This document shows positions 9,219 to 18,468 of a stretch of DNA of 64,000 nucleotides, piece after piece (positions within the stretch are counted from its first letter, which is position 1; every line of letters begins with the position of its first letter). A program made the position numbers and the translations under genes. The notes beneath the pieces were generated by a model that was not told where the DNA came from, did no database searches, and saw nothing but the letters and a program-made list of their open reading frames with translations. The DNA is taken from positions 799 to 64,798 of the forward strand of contig JBBRME010000001.1 of the NCBI GenBank assembly GCA_038230995.1. Direction: 5' to 3'. The DNA comes from Gemmatales bacterium. GTDB lineage: Bacteria; Planctomycetota; Planctomycetia; Gemmatales; Gemmataceae.

Positions 9219-10928
9219 ATGCAACTTGTGGACACCTTGGCCGAGCGCGGTGTGCTCAACGCAGTGGACTACCAGCGTGCCTCTGAAGCGTTGGCAGCTT
9301 CGCCAGAGAAGCCTGCCCATCAGTTGTTGCTCGATCAAAACTTCGTGCGTGAAGATCAACTGCTGCCGATCCTGGCGGATGAGTTCGGGCTCGAGTATGT
9401 CGATCTTGTGCACTCGCAGATCGACCCTGCGGCATTGATTGGCATTCCGCAGAAGCTCGTCCACAAAAAGAATCTGATGCCATTGTCGCGAAGCGAGAAC
9501 ACGCTGATTGTGGCAACGGGCGACCCGTTCGACAGCTACGCATTGGACGAACTACAGACGGTAACGGGCCTGAGCATCCAGCCCGTACTGGGTAGCTCCA
9601 AGGAAATTACTCGGCTACTCAAGGTTCACTTTGGGATCGGGGGCGACAACGTCGCGGCATTGAACGCCACCGCCGAAGACGGTGACATCGAACTCCTTGA
9701 ACAAATCGAGGCGGATGACAGCGAAGCGGCCAAGCAAGCTCAAGAAGCCACTGTCGTTGGTTTAGTGAACAAAATTCTGACCGAAGCCGCATCGGAGCGA
9801 GCCTCGGACATCCACATCGAACAGGAAGAAGCAGGCATCGTCATCCGTTACCGGATCGACGGCATGTTGCAAGTACAACGGCTGCCGGAAGGGATCAACC
9901 GCTGGCAAAATGCCATCGTGAGCCGCCTGAAGATCATGGCCCGGTTGAACATCGCCGAGAAACGCCTTCCGCAAGACGGCCGCATCAAGATGAAGGTGCA
10001 AGGCCGGGAAGTCGATGTGCGGGTGAGCATCATCCCCATGATCCACGGCGAAGGGATCGTGATGCGGTTGCTCGATAAGGGCCGCATGGTGTTCAACCTG
10101 AAGAACATCGGCTTTTTGGATGACTACGACAAGAAGTTCCGTCAGCTCATTGACCGACCTCACGGCATCGTCATCGTCACTGGCCCTACGGGATCGGGCA
10201 AGAGTACCACGCTGTACTCGGCGCTCAACGAAGTGAAGGACGAGACCACCAAGATCATCACAGTTGAAGACCCGGTCGAGTACCAGCAAGCAGGCATTTG
10301 CCAGATTCAGACGCACGCCAAGATCGGCCTGACCTTTGCCAGCTCGCTACGGAGTATCCTTCGGCATGACCCGGACATCATCCTGATCGGCGAAATGCGT
10401 GACCTCGAAACCGCCGAGGCCGCGATCCAAGCCAGCCTCACCGGGCACTTGGTGTTTAGCACCCTGCACACCAACGATGCACCGAGTGCGTTTACCCGAC
10501 TCATCGACATGAAGGTGGAGCCGTTCCTTGTGGCCAGCACCGTGGAAGGCATTCTGGCCCAGCGGTTAGTGCGTACGATCTGTCCCGATTGCAAAACGCA
10601 GTACACACCGGACGCCGAGGAGTTGGGTATCGACTTCCCGAAGATCAACCCGTTCACCAACCTACCCCCAGAGCATCTGTTCAAGGGAAGCGGCTGTCGG
10701 GCCTGTCGGAACAGCGGTTATCGTGGGCGAACTGGTATGCATGAGTTGATGATTAACACGGATCTCATTAAGGATTTGGTCGTCCAACGAGTGAACTCTG
10801 GCGTGATCCGTATGGAAGGACTTAAACAAGGAATGCGAACCCTCCGCCAGGACGGATTCTACAAAGCACTGCGTGGCAACACGACACTGGACGAAGTGAA
10901 CCGGGCCACAGCAGGGGATATTTCCTAG
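9219..10928 (+). CDS. gspE: type II secretion / type IV pilus assembly ATPase (GspE/PilB family)
   Basis: N-terminal T2SSE_N-like domain, Walker A GPTGSGKSTT, Asp/His boxes (ILIGEMRD, GHLVFSTLHTN) and a C-terminal tetracysteine CPDC...CRAC. Confidence 0.9.
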   Translation: MQLVDTLAERGVLNAVDYQRASEALAASPEKPAHQLLLDQNFVREDQLLPILADEFGLEYVDLVHSQIDPAALIGIPQKLVHKKNLMPLSRSENTLIVATGDPFDSYALDELQTVTGLSIQPVLGSSKEITRLLKVHFGIGGDNVAALNATAEDGDIELLEQIEADDSEAAKQAQEATVVGLVNKILTEAASERASDIHIEQEEAGIVIRYRIDGMLQVQRLPEGINRWQNAIVSRLKIMARLNIAEKRLPQDGRIKMKVQGREVDVRVSIIPMIHGEGIVMRLLDKGRMVFNLKNIGFLDDYDKKFRQLIDRPHGIVIVTGPTGSGKSTTLYSALNEVKDETTKIITVEDPVEYQQAGICQIQTHAKIGLTFASSLRSILRHDPDIILIGEMRDLETAEAAIQASLTGHLVFSTLHTNDAPSAFTRLIDMKVEPFLVASTVEGILAQRLVRTICPDCKTQYTPDAEELGIDFPKINPFTNLPPEHLFKGSGCRACRNSGYRGRTGMHELMINTDLIKDLVVQRVNSGVIRMEGLKQGMRTLRQDGFYKALRGNTTLDEVNRATAGDIS

Positions 10929-11071
10929 CGAAGTGGGAAGTGAGAAGGTGGACGTCGGCATCTCCCTAGGTTTCCGACTCTGCTTTTGCGACTTCCTTCT
11001 TCGACCGATGTTCCAAACTGCTACCGCAACCAATGTTCCGAGTTCCGCCTTCCTACTTCTGACTTTGAACC

Positions 11072-12280
11072 ATGCCTGACTTCAACTACACCGCGTTGGC
11101 TAACTCCGGCGCAAAAAGCACCGGCAGCGTCTCGGCAAATTCCGAACGTGAAGCCGCATCCATGCTTGATGCCAAGGGATTGTTTCCCATCAGCATCACG
11201 CAAGCAGGTGCGTCGTCGTTTAGCTTTGGTGGTGGCGTTAATGGTCGGCAACTGGCCACGGTCTATGGTCAGCTAGCCGACTTGTTGAACTCTGGCGTGC
11301 CATTGCTGCGTGCTTTGGAATTAATGGAACGCCAAAGCTCGAACAAGAAACTGCAAAGTGTCATGCGCGACGTGCGCATGAGCGTTGCCGAGGGCACCGG
11401 GTTGGCACAGTCCATGGCCAAGCACCCCAAGGTCTTCAATGAACTTGTGGTGAGCATGGTTCGGGCCGGGCAGGAGGGTGGCTTCCTTGAAGACGTGCTG
11501 CAACGAACGGCAATGTTCGTGGAGCATCAGGAAGAAATCAAATCGAAGGTCGTGGGGGCGATGGCGTATCCGGGCTTCCTGCTGATGGCCGGTAGCGGGG
11601 TTTTGTTCATTCTGATTGTGTTCTTCGTGCCGAAATTCGAGCCGGTATTCGAGGGGCTTCGCGCAAAGGGCAAGTTGCCGGGCCTTACCGTTGGTCTGCT
11701 GGCTGTCAGCAACTTCTTGATCTTCTACTGGTGGCTTTATGTGCCGGCGATTTTACTGTCCGTCTTCGGGTTTACAGCGTGGGCGAACTCGAAAAAGGGC
11801 CGATACATCATGGACGTGGTGCGCTTGAATGCCCCGCTGTTTGGTGGGGTGTACAAGGGCTTGGCACTGAGCCGCTTCACCCGCATCCTGGGGACGATGC
11901 TGCAAAACGGCATCCCAATTCTCAAAGCGTTGAACATCGCCAAGGACAGTGCCGGGAACAAGATTCTGATCGCAGCCATCGAGAAGAGTGCTGAGAACAT
12001 CACTGCAGGGCAAACGCTCGCTGAACCGCTCCGCAAAAACAAACACTTCCCGACGGATACTGTCGAGATGATTGCTATTGCCGAGGAATCGAACACGCTC
12101 GAAAAGGTGCTGCTCAAGATTTCGGACAGCTTGGAACGCCGCACGGCACGCAACCTTGATCTGATGGTCAAGCTCCTTGAACCAATGATGTTGCTCATCA
12201 TGGCCCTCGTGGTGCTGCTGGTTGTGATGGGCTTACTGCTGCCGATCTTCAAGATGGGTGAAACCGTGCGGACGTCGTAG
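11072..12280 (+). CDS. gspF: type II secretion system F / PilC platform protein
   Basis: Duplicated T2SSF domains, three TM segments, and typical blocks LSSGVPLLRALE... and LQNGIPILKAL. Lies 143 nt downstream of gspE. Confidence 0.9.
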   Translation: MPDFNYTALANSGAKSTGSVSANSEREAASMLDAKGLFPISITQAGASSFSFGGGVNGRQLATVYGQLADLLNSGVPLLRALELMERQSSNKKLQSVMRDVRMSVAEGTGLAQSMAKHPKVFNELVVSMVRAGQEGGFLEDVLQRTAMFVEHQEEIKSKVVGAMAYPGFLLMAGSGVLFILIVFFVPKFEPVFEGLRAKGKLPGLTVGLLAVSNFLIFYWWLYVPAILLSVFGFTAWANSKKGRYIMDVVRLNAPLFGGVYKGLALSRFTRILGTMLQNGIPILKALNIAKDSAGNKILIAAIEKSAENITAGQTLAEPLRKNKHFPTDTVEMIAIAEESNTLEKVLLKISDSLERRTARNLDLMVKLLEPMMLLIMALVVLLVVMGLLLPIFKMGETVRTS

Positions 12281-12318
12281 GTGCAGACTCCTGCTCGTGA
12301 CAGGGTTGTCAGCACAGG

Positions 12319-12567
12319 TTGAGCCTGCTTGCGTAAGCGGCAGGAGTATTCAAATTGAGCCTGCTTGCGTAAGCGGCAGGAGTATTCAAATTGAGCCTGC
12401 TTGCGTAAGCGGCAGGAGTATTCAAATTGAGCCAGCTTGCGTAAGCGGCAGGAGTATTCAAATTGAGCCTGCTTGCGTAAGCGGCAGGAGTATTCAAATT
12501 GAGCCTGCTTGCGTAAGCGGCAGGAGACTTCTTCTCAATCTCCTGCTGTTATCGCAAGCAGGCTCAA
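12319..12567. repeat. tandem array of six 36-bp family-B units closed by one inverted unit
   Basis: The unit TTGAGCCTGCTTGCGTAAGCGGCAGGAGTATTCAAA repeats head-to-tail from 12319, with one C>A variant in copy 4. The sixth copy (12499-12526) faces the inverted copy CTCCTGCTGTTATCGCAAGCAGGCTCAA, which ends at 12567. Confidence 0.95.
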
Positions 12568-12650
12568 CTAACGTACACCCACCGAACTGCACTATTCAGC
12601 CCCTACGTTTTCCGTGTATCACATGGTGCCTCCAACAGGGAAGTTGAGCC

Positions 12651-13514
12651 ATGCGACGGATCGCCGTGTTGAATCAAAAAGGCGGGGTGGGCAAAACCAC
12701 CACCACAGTGAACCTTGCCGCCGCACTGGCCAACCTCGGCCAGCGTGTGTGTGTGCTCGACCTCGACCCGCAAGCCCACGCCACCACGCACCTCGGTCTG
12801 GAACCCGACGGCACTTTACCTTCGCTGTACGATGTGTTGGTGAACAGCAAGCCGATGGCCTCGGTTCGCCATACGGTGGAGCCGAATCTATCCATCTGTC
12901 CGTCGGACATTAACCTCGCAGCAGCGGAAGTGGAACTCGCTGGCGTCGTCGGGCGTGAAGTGATCCTTCGTGAAAGCCTGGCGGCGGATGATGAACCGTT
13001 CGATTTCCTGCTGATGGATTGTGGCCCGAGCTTAGGCGTACTCACGCTCAATGCCTTGGCTGCCGCTGATGAAGTGTTCATTCCACTGCAACCGCACTTC
13101 CTCGCACTGCATGGTTTGTCCAAATTGTTGGAGACCACGGCCTTGGTCAGTCGACGGATCAACCCGAAGCTGACTGTGACTGGAGTGGTGGTGTGCCTGT
13201 ATGAATCGCAAACAAAACTCGCGCAGGAAGTGCTGCGCGATGTGCAGTCGTTTCTGGATGCGTCTCGTGGGGCCAATGTGCCTTGGAAAGATGCCCGCAT
13301 CTTCGATACCCGCATCCGCCGGAACGTGAAATTAGCTGAGTGCCCCAGCCACGGGCAGAGCATCTTCCGTTACGCACCGAGTTGCGCCGGTGCGGTGGAC
13401 TACGCCAGCCTAGCCACGGAAGTATTGGGTGTAGTGGAGTTCGAGGAAGTGAAGCCAAAGCTAGCTGAAAGTCAGCCAGAATCACAACTTCAGGAAAATG
13501 TGAGCAGTTGCTGA
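12651..13514 (+). CDS. parA: ParA/Soj-family P-loop ATPase (orphan, no adjacent parB)
   Basis: Deviant Walker [18 protein letters not shown], and Walker [10 protein letters not shown]. Has a roughly 30-aa acidic C-terminal tail. Confidence 0.9.
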   Translation: MRRIAVLNQKGGVGKTTTTVNLAAALANLGQRVCVLDLDPQAHATTHLGLEPDGTLPSLYDVLVNSKPMASVRHTVEPNLSICPSDINLAAAEVELAGVVGREVILRESLAADDEPFDFLLMDCGPSLGVLTLNALAAADEVFIPLQPHFLALHGLSKLLETTALVSRRINPKLTVTGVVVCLYESQTKLAQEVLRDVQSFLDASRGANVPWKDARIFDTRIRRNVKLAECPSHGQSIFRYAPSCAGAVDYASLATEVLGVVEFEEVKPKLAESQPESQLQENVSSC

Positions 13515-13563
13515 GCGATACCTATGATGTACAACTGAATGCGACATTTCAGGAAGCAGCATC

Positions 13564-14163
13564 ATGGCACAGCAAGATGATGAATTCGACGACCGCCGCG
13601 ACACCCGTGACGACCGCCCTCGTCGGCGTGATGATGAACCAGAACCGAAGAAAAAAGGCGGCTGCGTTCCGATCCTCTTGATTGCGCTGGGCCTTGGCTT
13701 GCTTGGAGTCTGCGGAGTGTGTGGTTTCGGCGCCTATTACTTCATGAATATCGGCTTGGAACTGGCCAAGAAGCCGGACGAATTCCTCGGCAAGGTGTCA
13801 CAGGGCGATTTCAGTGCTGCTTACAACATGACCTCGGCTCGATTCAAGGGACAGGTCACGCAGGAACAATTCACCACGGCCATGAAGAACGCCAAGCTCG
13901 ACAAGAACACGGGCGTGATGGGTCAACCAGCGCAAACTCAAGGCAGTGGTGAGCTAACTTTAACGGCAACGGTCGGGCTGCCGGAAAGCAAAACCACCTC
14001 GGTCTCGTTCAAATTCACCCCGGAAAGTACATCGAATCCGTTTAAGTTCATTCTCGACGATGTGACCGGGCCGGACATTAAATACGACGGAACCAAGCCT
14101 AAGGACGAGAAGCCAAAGGATAAAGCCAAGCCCGCTGGTATTGATCCTGATGAAGACAAATAA
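13564..14163 (+). CDS. single-pass membrane protein, paralog 1 (charged N-tail, Cys-rich TM, NTF2-like ectodomain, KP-rich tail)
   Basis: MAQQDDEFDDRRDTRDDRPRRRDDEPEPKKKGG + CVPILLIALGLGLLGVCGVCGFG + GDFSAAYNMTSARFKGQVTQEQF. Clearly paralogous to the next gene. Confidence 0.75.
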   Translation: MAQQDDEFDDRRDTRDDRPRRRDDEPEPKKKGGCVPILLIALGLGLLGVCGVCGFGAYYFMNIGLELAKKPDEFLGKVSQGDFSAAYNMTSARFKGQVTQEQFTTAMKNAKLDKNTGVMGQPAQTQGSGELTLTATVGLPESKTTSVSFKFTPESTSNPFKFILDDVTGPDIKYDGTKPKDEKPKDKAKPAGIDPDEDK

Positions 14164-14204
14164 CTTCACGCCCACACACTGACAACTTGCCAAGGAACTG
14201 TGAC

Positions 14205-14786
14205 ATGGCCAAACAAGACGATTTCGACCGCATGGACGAAGACGATGACCGCCGATCACGGCGATCCGATCCGCCGAAGAAGAAAGGCGGAATCGCACCG
14301 ATCCTGCTCATCATTGGTGGTATCGTGCTGCTCGGGTGCTGTGGAAGCTGCGGGGTTGGTGGCTACTGGTTCTACCAGCAAGCAAAAGTCGTTGCGGACA
14401 TGGCCGACGGATTCACGGTCAAGCTTGGCGCTGGGGATTTCGCCGGGGCCTACGCAGCAACATCGACGAGCTTCAAATCCAAGTACACCATGGAAGAGTT
14501 CACGGCGAACATGAAGAAGGCGAAGTTCGACCAGATTCAATCCGTGAAGTGGGGTAGCAATTCAAGTTCAACAACCAACGGCACTGGTACCGGTGCGATG
14601 ACTGGTGACGCGACACTCAAGGATGGCACAACCACACCCGTCTCGCTGACACTCGGCTTCGACGGCAAGGCTTGGACGATCGAGGATATCACAGGTAATA
14701 CCGCACCACCCAAGCCGAAGACCGACGACAAGGCCAAGCCCAAGGACGACAAGCCGAAACCCAAGGAAGAAGACGAAGACAAATGA
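14205..14786 (+). CDS. single-pass membrane protein, paralog 2
   Basis: MAKQDDFDRMDEDDDRRSRRSDPPKKKGG + IAPILLIIGGIVLLGCCGSCGVGG + GDFAGAYAATSTSFKSKYTMEEF + a KPK-rich tail. The stop overlaps the ybeY start (ATGA). Confidence 0.75.
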   Translation: MAKQDDFDRMDEDDDRRSRRSDPPKKKGGIAPILLIIGGIVLLGCCGSCGVGGYWFYQQAKVVADMADGFTVKLGAGDFAGAYAATSTSFKSKYTMEEFTANMKKAKFDQIQSVKWGSNSSSTTNGTGTGAMTGDATLKDGTTTPVSLTLGFDGKAWTIEDITGNTAPPKPKTDDKAKPKDDKPKPKEEDEDK

Positions 14787-15220
14787 TTTCGATCTCGATC
14801 CGGAACACGCAGGAGCTGATGGAACTGGATTTCGCCAGCCTCAAGCTGGCGGCCAAGACCGTGCTGGAAGGCGAAGGTGTGAAGAAGGCCAAGGTCACCT
14901 TCGCCATCATGGATGATGAGTCGATCCATGTGCTGAACAAACGGCACTTGAATCACGATGAGCCGACCGACGTGCTGACCTTCCCGTACACCTCGCACAC
15001 AGCCGCAAAGCTGGAAGGCGACGTGGCCATTGGTGCGGGCGTGGCGGTGGCCAATGCGGCGGAACGCGGGCACGACGTGGCTGCCGAGTTGTGCCTTTAC
15101 GTCATCCACGGTTGCCTGCACCTCTGCGGTTACGACGACCGCAGCGAGAAGGACACCCGGCAAATGCGGGCCAGAGAAAAGCATTATCTCGAACTGCTTG
15201 GCCTTCCACCCATCGCTTGA
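14783..15220 (+). CDS. ybeY: rRNA maturation RNase YbeY
   Basis: Metal-binding motif HGCLHLCGYDD (H-x3-H-x5-H) and typical size (145 aa). Confidence 0.9.
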   Translation: MISISIRNTQELMELDFASLKLAAKTVLEGEGVKKAKVTFAIMDDESIHVLNKRHLNHDEPTDVLTFPYTSHTAAKLEGDVAIGAGVAVANAAERGHDVAAELCLYVIHGCLHLCGYDDRSEKDTRQMRAREKHYLELLGLPPIA

Positions 15221-15225
15221 GTTTC

Positions 15226-15552
15226 ATGATTCCACAAATCCGCGTTACCGACTTGCACGACCGCCTTGCCGCTGGCGAGGCGATTGTGCTTGTCGATGTC
15301 CGACAGCCGGAAGAGTTCAACATCTGCCATCTGCCCAACTCGGTGCTGTTACCGCTGGGCGAACTATCCACCCGTACCGATGAAATCGAGTGCGCGAAGG
15401 ATGCGGACATCGTGGTGTACTGTCATCATGGTGTTCGGAGTATGACGGGTACGCACTTCCTGCAACGGGCCGGCTTCACGAACGTGGCGAGCTTAGCCGG
15501 GGGCATTGATGCGTGGAGTGTGTACATCGACCCCACAGTTCCGCGTTACTAG
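15226..15552 (+). CDS. rhodanese-like domain protein
   Basis: VLVDVRQPEEF...IVVYCHHGVRS active-site loop (CxxGxRS). Start at MIPQIRV (15226) inside ORF 15091..15552. Confidence 0.85.
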   Translation: MIPQIRVTDLHDRLAAGEAIVLVDVRQPEEFNICHLPNSVLLPLGELSTRTDEIECAKDADIVVYCHHGVRSMTGTHFLQRAGFTNVASLAGGIDAWSVYIDPTVPRY

Positions 15553-15567
15553 CCGTAGCATGTTGGC

Positions 15568-16608
15568 ATGAAGCAAGACGATTCGATCCACATCATCGGC
15601 GGGGGCATCATCGGCCTGACGTGCGCCTACGAACTGGCCAAGGCTGGCTGCAAGGTTCAGGTCTTCGACAAAGGCGAGTTGGGGCGTGAAGCCTCGTGGG
15701 CCGGGGCAGGCATCCTGCCACCTGGGCGGAGCGGCACGGCGAAGGATCCGATCAATCAACTGCGTGCCGAGAGCGTGGCACGTTTCGCGGACTTCTCGGC
15801 AGAACTGCGAGAGCTCACGGGCATCGACAACGGGTACTGGAACTGCGGCGGAGTCGAGCATGTTGAAGATGGCACTTCGCACGAAACTATGTGGAAGGCT
15901 GAACAACTTGAGTATGAGCGACTCGCTCAAGGCATTTATCTTCTGCCCGGTTATGCCCAGGTTCGCAACCCTTGGCACCTGCGGGCACTGACAGCGGCTT
16001 GTCAGTCGTTGGGCGTTGGCCTACATCCCAACACGCCAATTGTGCCGCATCAACTCGAACCAACTCGCAAGTATGTGCTGTGTGCCGGGGCGTGGAGCGG
16101 TGAGTGGGCCACGGCCTTGGGTTGGACGTTGAACGTGAAGCCGATGCTCGGGCAAATTCTGCTTTACCGCACAGCACCCGGTTTGTTGAAGCACATCATC
16201 ATTGATGACAAGCAGTACATCGTGCCCCGGCGTGATGGCCGCGTGCTGGTTGGGTCCACGGAGGAACCCGAGGCGGGCTTCGCGAAACGCACCACAGAAA
16301 CAGGACTGGCTCAGCTCAAAGAATTCGCAGAGAGCGTTCAGCCTGAACTCCATGGCCAAGAGATCGAATCCAGTTGGGCAGGGCTTCGCCCGGCGTCTGC
16401 GGATGGTGCACCGAGCATTGGGCCGCTGCCCGGCTTCCCGAACATCATCGTGGCCACGGGCCACTTCCGCGCTGGCGTGCAGCAGTCCATCGGTACGGCT
16501 TTGTTGGTGAAGTTTTGGCTGTTGGGCAGCGAAACACCGATCCAATCCGAGCCATTTCGCCCCGAACGTAGCACAATAGCCTTCGGCCAACCGACGTTCC
16601 GCTCGTGA
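15568..16608 (+). CDS. thiO: FAD-dependent glycine oxidase (ThiO-like DAO family)
   Basis: Dinucleotide-binding IIGGGIIGLTCAYELAKAG followed by ASWAGAGIL, and a C-terminal GHFRAGV block. Confidence 0.75.
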   Translation: MKQDDSIHIIGGGIIGLTCAYELAKAGCKVQVFDKGELGREASWAGAGILPPGRSGTAKDPINQLRAESVARFADFSAELRELTGIDNGYWNCGGVEHVEDGTSHETMWKAEQLEYERLAQGIYLLPGYAQVRNPWHLRALTAACQSLGVGLHPNTPIVPHQLEPTRKYVLCAGAWSGEWATALGWTLNVKPMLGQILLYRTAPGLLKHIIIDDKQYIVPRRDGRVLVGSTEEPEAGFAKRTTETGLAQLKEFAESVQPELHGQEIESSWAGLRPASADGAPSIGPLPGFPNIIVATGHFRAGVQQSIGTALLVKFWLLGSETPIQSEPFRPERSTIAFGQPTFRS

Positions 16609-16620
16609 TGAAAGGGCAAC

Positions 16621-18468
16621 ATGGATTCGACCGCCCATCGCAATACCGTCCGTCAGTTGGCGGATGACCTCTCCTGGCTGGAAGAGCACTGCCGCAAGAA
16701 TCCGGAGTTGATGGTTCATGCCGCCCACCTCCGGCTGGCCTCCGCACTCACTTGGAACGTCATTGGCCCGTCGGTGGACGGGCAGAAGGAAACCCCGCTG
16801 TTCGTTGCTGTCGTCGGTGGGGCCGGTGCAGGGAAGAGTACCGTCGTCAACTTTCTGGCTGGCTCGGTGGTGGCTGATGCCAACCCGCAAGCCGGGTTCA
16901 CCCGGCACCCCACGGCCTTTGTGCCCGAAGCGAACCGTGGCAACTGGCCCACCCAACTCGGCTTCCTCGGCCCACTGGTACGCTTGAACGACGAGAAACC
17001 AGCGAGCCTCGATGAAGATGTCTATCAGGTCAAGCGGTTGCCTGCGGGGAAGACGGATACATCCATGATCGACTTCGTGATCTGGGATTGCCCGGACATG
17101 ACGACGTGGGCTTCGGCGAACTATGTCTCACGCCTCATGGAGGTGGTCGCCCTGGCCGACGTGGTGGTGTATGTGGCGAGCGACGAGCGCTACAACGATG
17201 AAGTACCCACGCAGTTCCTGCACCTCACCATCCAAGCCGGGAAGCCGGTGGTCTGTTGCCTCACCAAGATGCGTGAAGCGGATCAGGAGGGGTTGATACA
17301 GCACTTCCGTACCGAAGTGCTTGGCAAGTTGCCGACGGCACTCGGCGACATCCCGGCGCTGCCCGTGGTGGCCATCCCGAACATCACCACCGAGATTCGC
17401 AAAGACCCCGCGGGTGCCGGGGCGAAGTACCGTGTACCCTTGTTGAACGAACTGCTGGCCCTATGTCCTGCTGCGAAATCGACTCGACAGCGCACGGTGT
17501 CCAACGCGGTAAAGTACCTGCAGCACGCAGGCGATGGCCTGCTGAACGTGGCCCGGCGCGACCTCACAGAACTTGAAACCTGGCGTGGGCTGGTCGCCGA
17601 TGGCCAACGTGAATTCGAGCAGCGCTATCGCTCGGAGTACCTGGCCGGAGAAGCGTTCCGAAGGTTCGACCAAACCAAGCTCGATGTGCTGAAGATGCTG
17701 GAACTGCCTGGGCCGGGGGCCATCGTCTCGTTGGCGCTTGCCTTCCTGCGGAAGCCATATCAACTGCTCCGCAACTTTGTGGGCAAGTCGATCACTCGCC
17801 CCGCGATGACGAACCTCGGTGAACAAGCAGTGTGCAACGCGGCCATGGAATCGTGGTTGGCCAAGCTGCAAGCCGAGGCACTTCGTCGGCATTCGCAGCA
17901 CACGATCTGGAAGCAAGTGACTGTTGGCTTTGACACCACGCTGAAGACCCAAGTGCAGGACCAGTACAGCCAGAAGTTCCGTGTTCTGGAAGCTAAGGAG
18001 ATGACGGAACTGGACTCGATGGCTCGTGCAGTACCAGACAAGCTGACTAACAACCCGGTGCTGTTGAATGTCCTGCGTGGGGCCATCATTGCGGTCGATG
18101 TCGTTGCAATCGTCCTTGTCGTCTGGCTCGCTTGGCCCTTGGGTTGGTGGTTGTTACTGCTGCTCATCCCCGCTGTGTCGCTGACTCATCACTTGGTGGA
18201 GATGGTGGTACAGACCGTCATCAACCGAGGGCGAAACAAGCTGCGGGCCGAACGCGAAGCACTGATGAAATCTCAACTGACCACACCACTACAAGTTTGG
18301 CTGGCCGACTGGCCCACCAGCGGAGGCACCTCGTTGGAACGCCTTCAACAGGTACTCACTCGCATCCCTGCTGCCATCCGCGAACTGGGTACACTGACGA
18401 ACCCAACGCCGACTGTCCCGGCCGAGCCTAGAATGACTTCGCCAGAAACCCCAGGAACACCGACATGA
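16621..18468 (+). CDS. membrane-anchored P-loop GTPase-like protein (dynamin/MMR_HSR1-like)
   Basis: G1 VAVVGGAGAGKSTVVN, WDCPD (G3-like) and CCLTKMREAD (G4-like). A long helical region is followed by a C-terminal hydrophobic hairpin (IIAVDVVAIVLVVWLAWPLGWWLLLLLIPAV). The stop overlaps the murB start. Confidence 0.8.
   Translation: MDSTAHRNTVRQLADDLSWLEEHCRKNPELMVHAAHLRLASALTWNVIGPSVDGQKETPLFVAVVGGAGAGKSTVVNFLAGSVVADANPQAGFTRHPTAFVPEANRGNWPTQLGFLGPLVRLNDEKPASLDEDVYQVKRLPAGKTDTSMIDFVIWDCPDMTTWASANYVSRLMEVVALADVVVYVASDERYNDEVPTQFLHLTIQAGKPVVCCLTKMREADQEGLIQHFRTEVLGKLPTALGDIPALPVVAIPNITTEIRKDPAGAGAKYRVPLLNELLALCPAAKSTRQRTVSNAVKYLQHAGDGLLNVARRDLTELETWRGLVADGQREFEQRYRSEYLAGEAFRRFDQTKLDVLKMLELPGPGAIVSLALAFLRKPYQLLRNFVGKSITRPAMTNLGEQAVCNAAMESWLAKLQAEALRRHSQHTIWKQVTVGFDTTLKTQVQDQYSQKFRVLEAKEMTELDSMARAVPDKLTNNPVLLNVLRGAIIAVDVVAIVLVVWLAWPLGWWLLLLLIPAVSLTHHLVEMVVQTVINRGRNKLRAEREALMKSQLTTPLQVWLADWPTSGGTSLERLQQVLTRIPAAIRELGTLTNPTPTVPAEPRMTSPETPGTPT

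Noticed and set aside
12319-12567. Possible CRISPR array (regular 36-bp periodicity with a palindromic core)
   Set aside because: The 8-nt 'spacers' (TATTCAAA) are identical in every unit, so there are no unique spacers. No cas genes or leader are present. The core is a dispersed REP family.
12258-12647. 129-aa ORF translating the tandem array as a 12-residue repeat protein (IEPACVSGRSIQ x5)
   Set aside because: It overlaps the gspF 3' end and has no SD. The mirror ORF on the other strand is equally open. The periodicity is explained by the DNA repeat, and identical cores are intergenic elsewhere.
14537-15184. Long antisense ORFs opposite well-supported genes (e.g. 14537..15184, 16021..16956, 26808..27791, 28145..28921, 31343..32238, 32513..33487, 51527..52885, 52755..53810, 7390..8193)
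   Set aside because: These are shadow ORFs, expected in high-GC DNA. Their translations are low-complexity R/G/H/V-rich with no recognisable motifs, and each fully overlaps a gene with clear family signatures.
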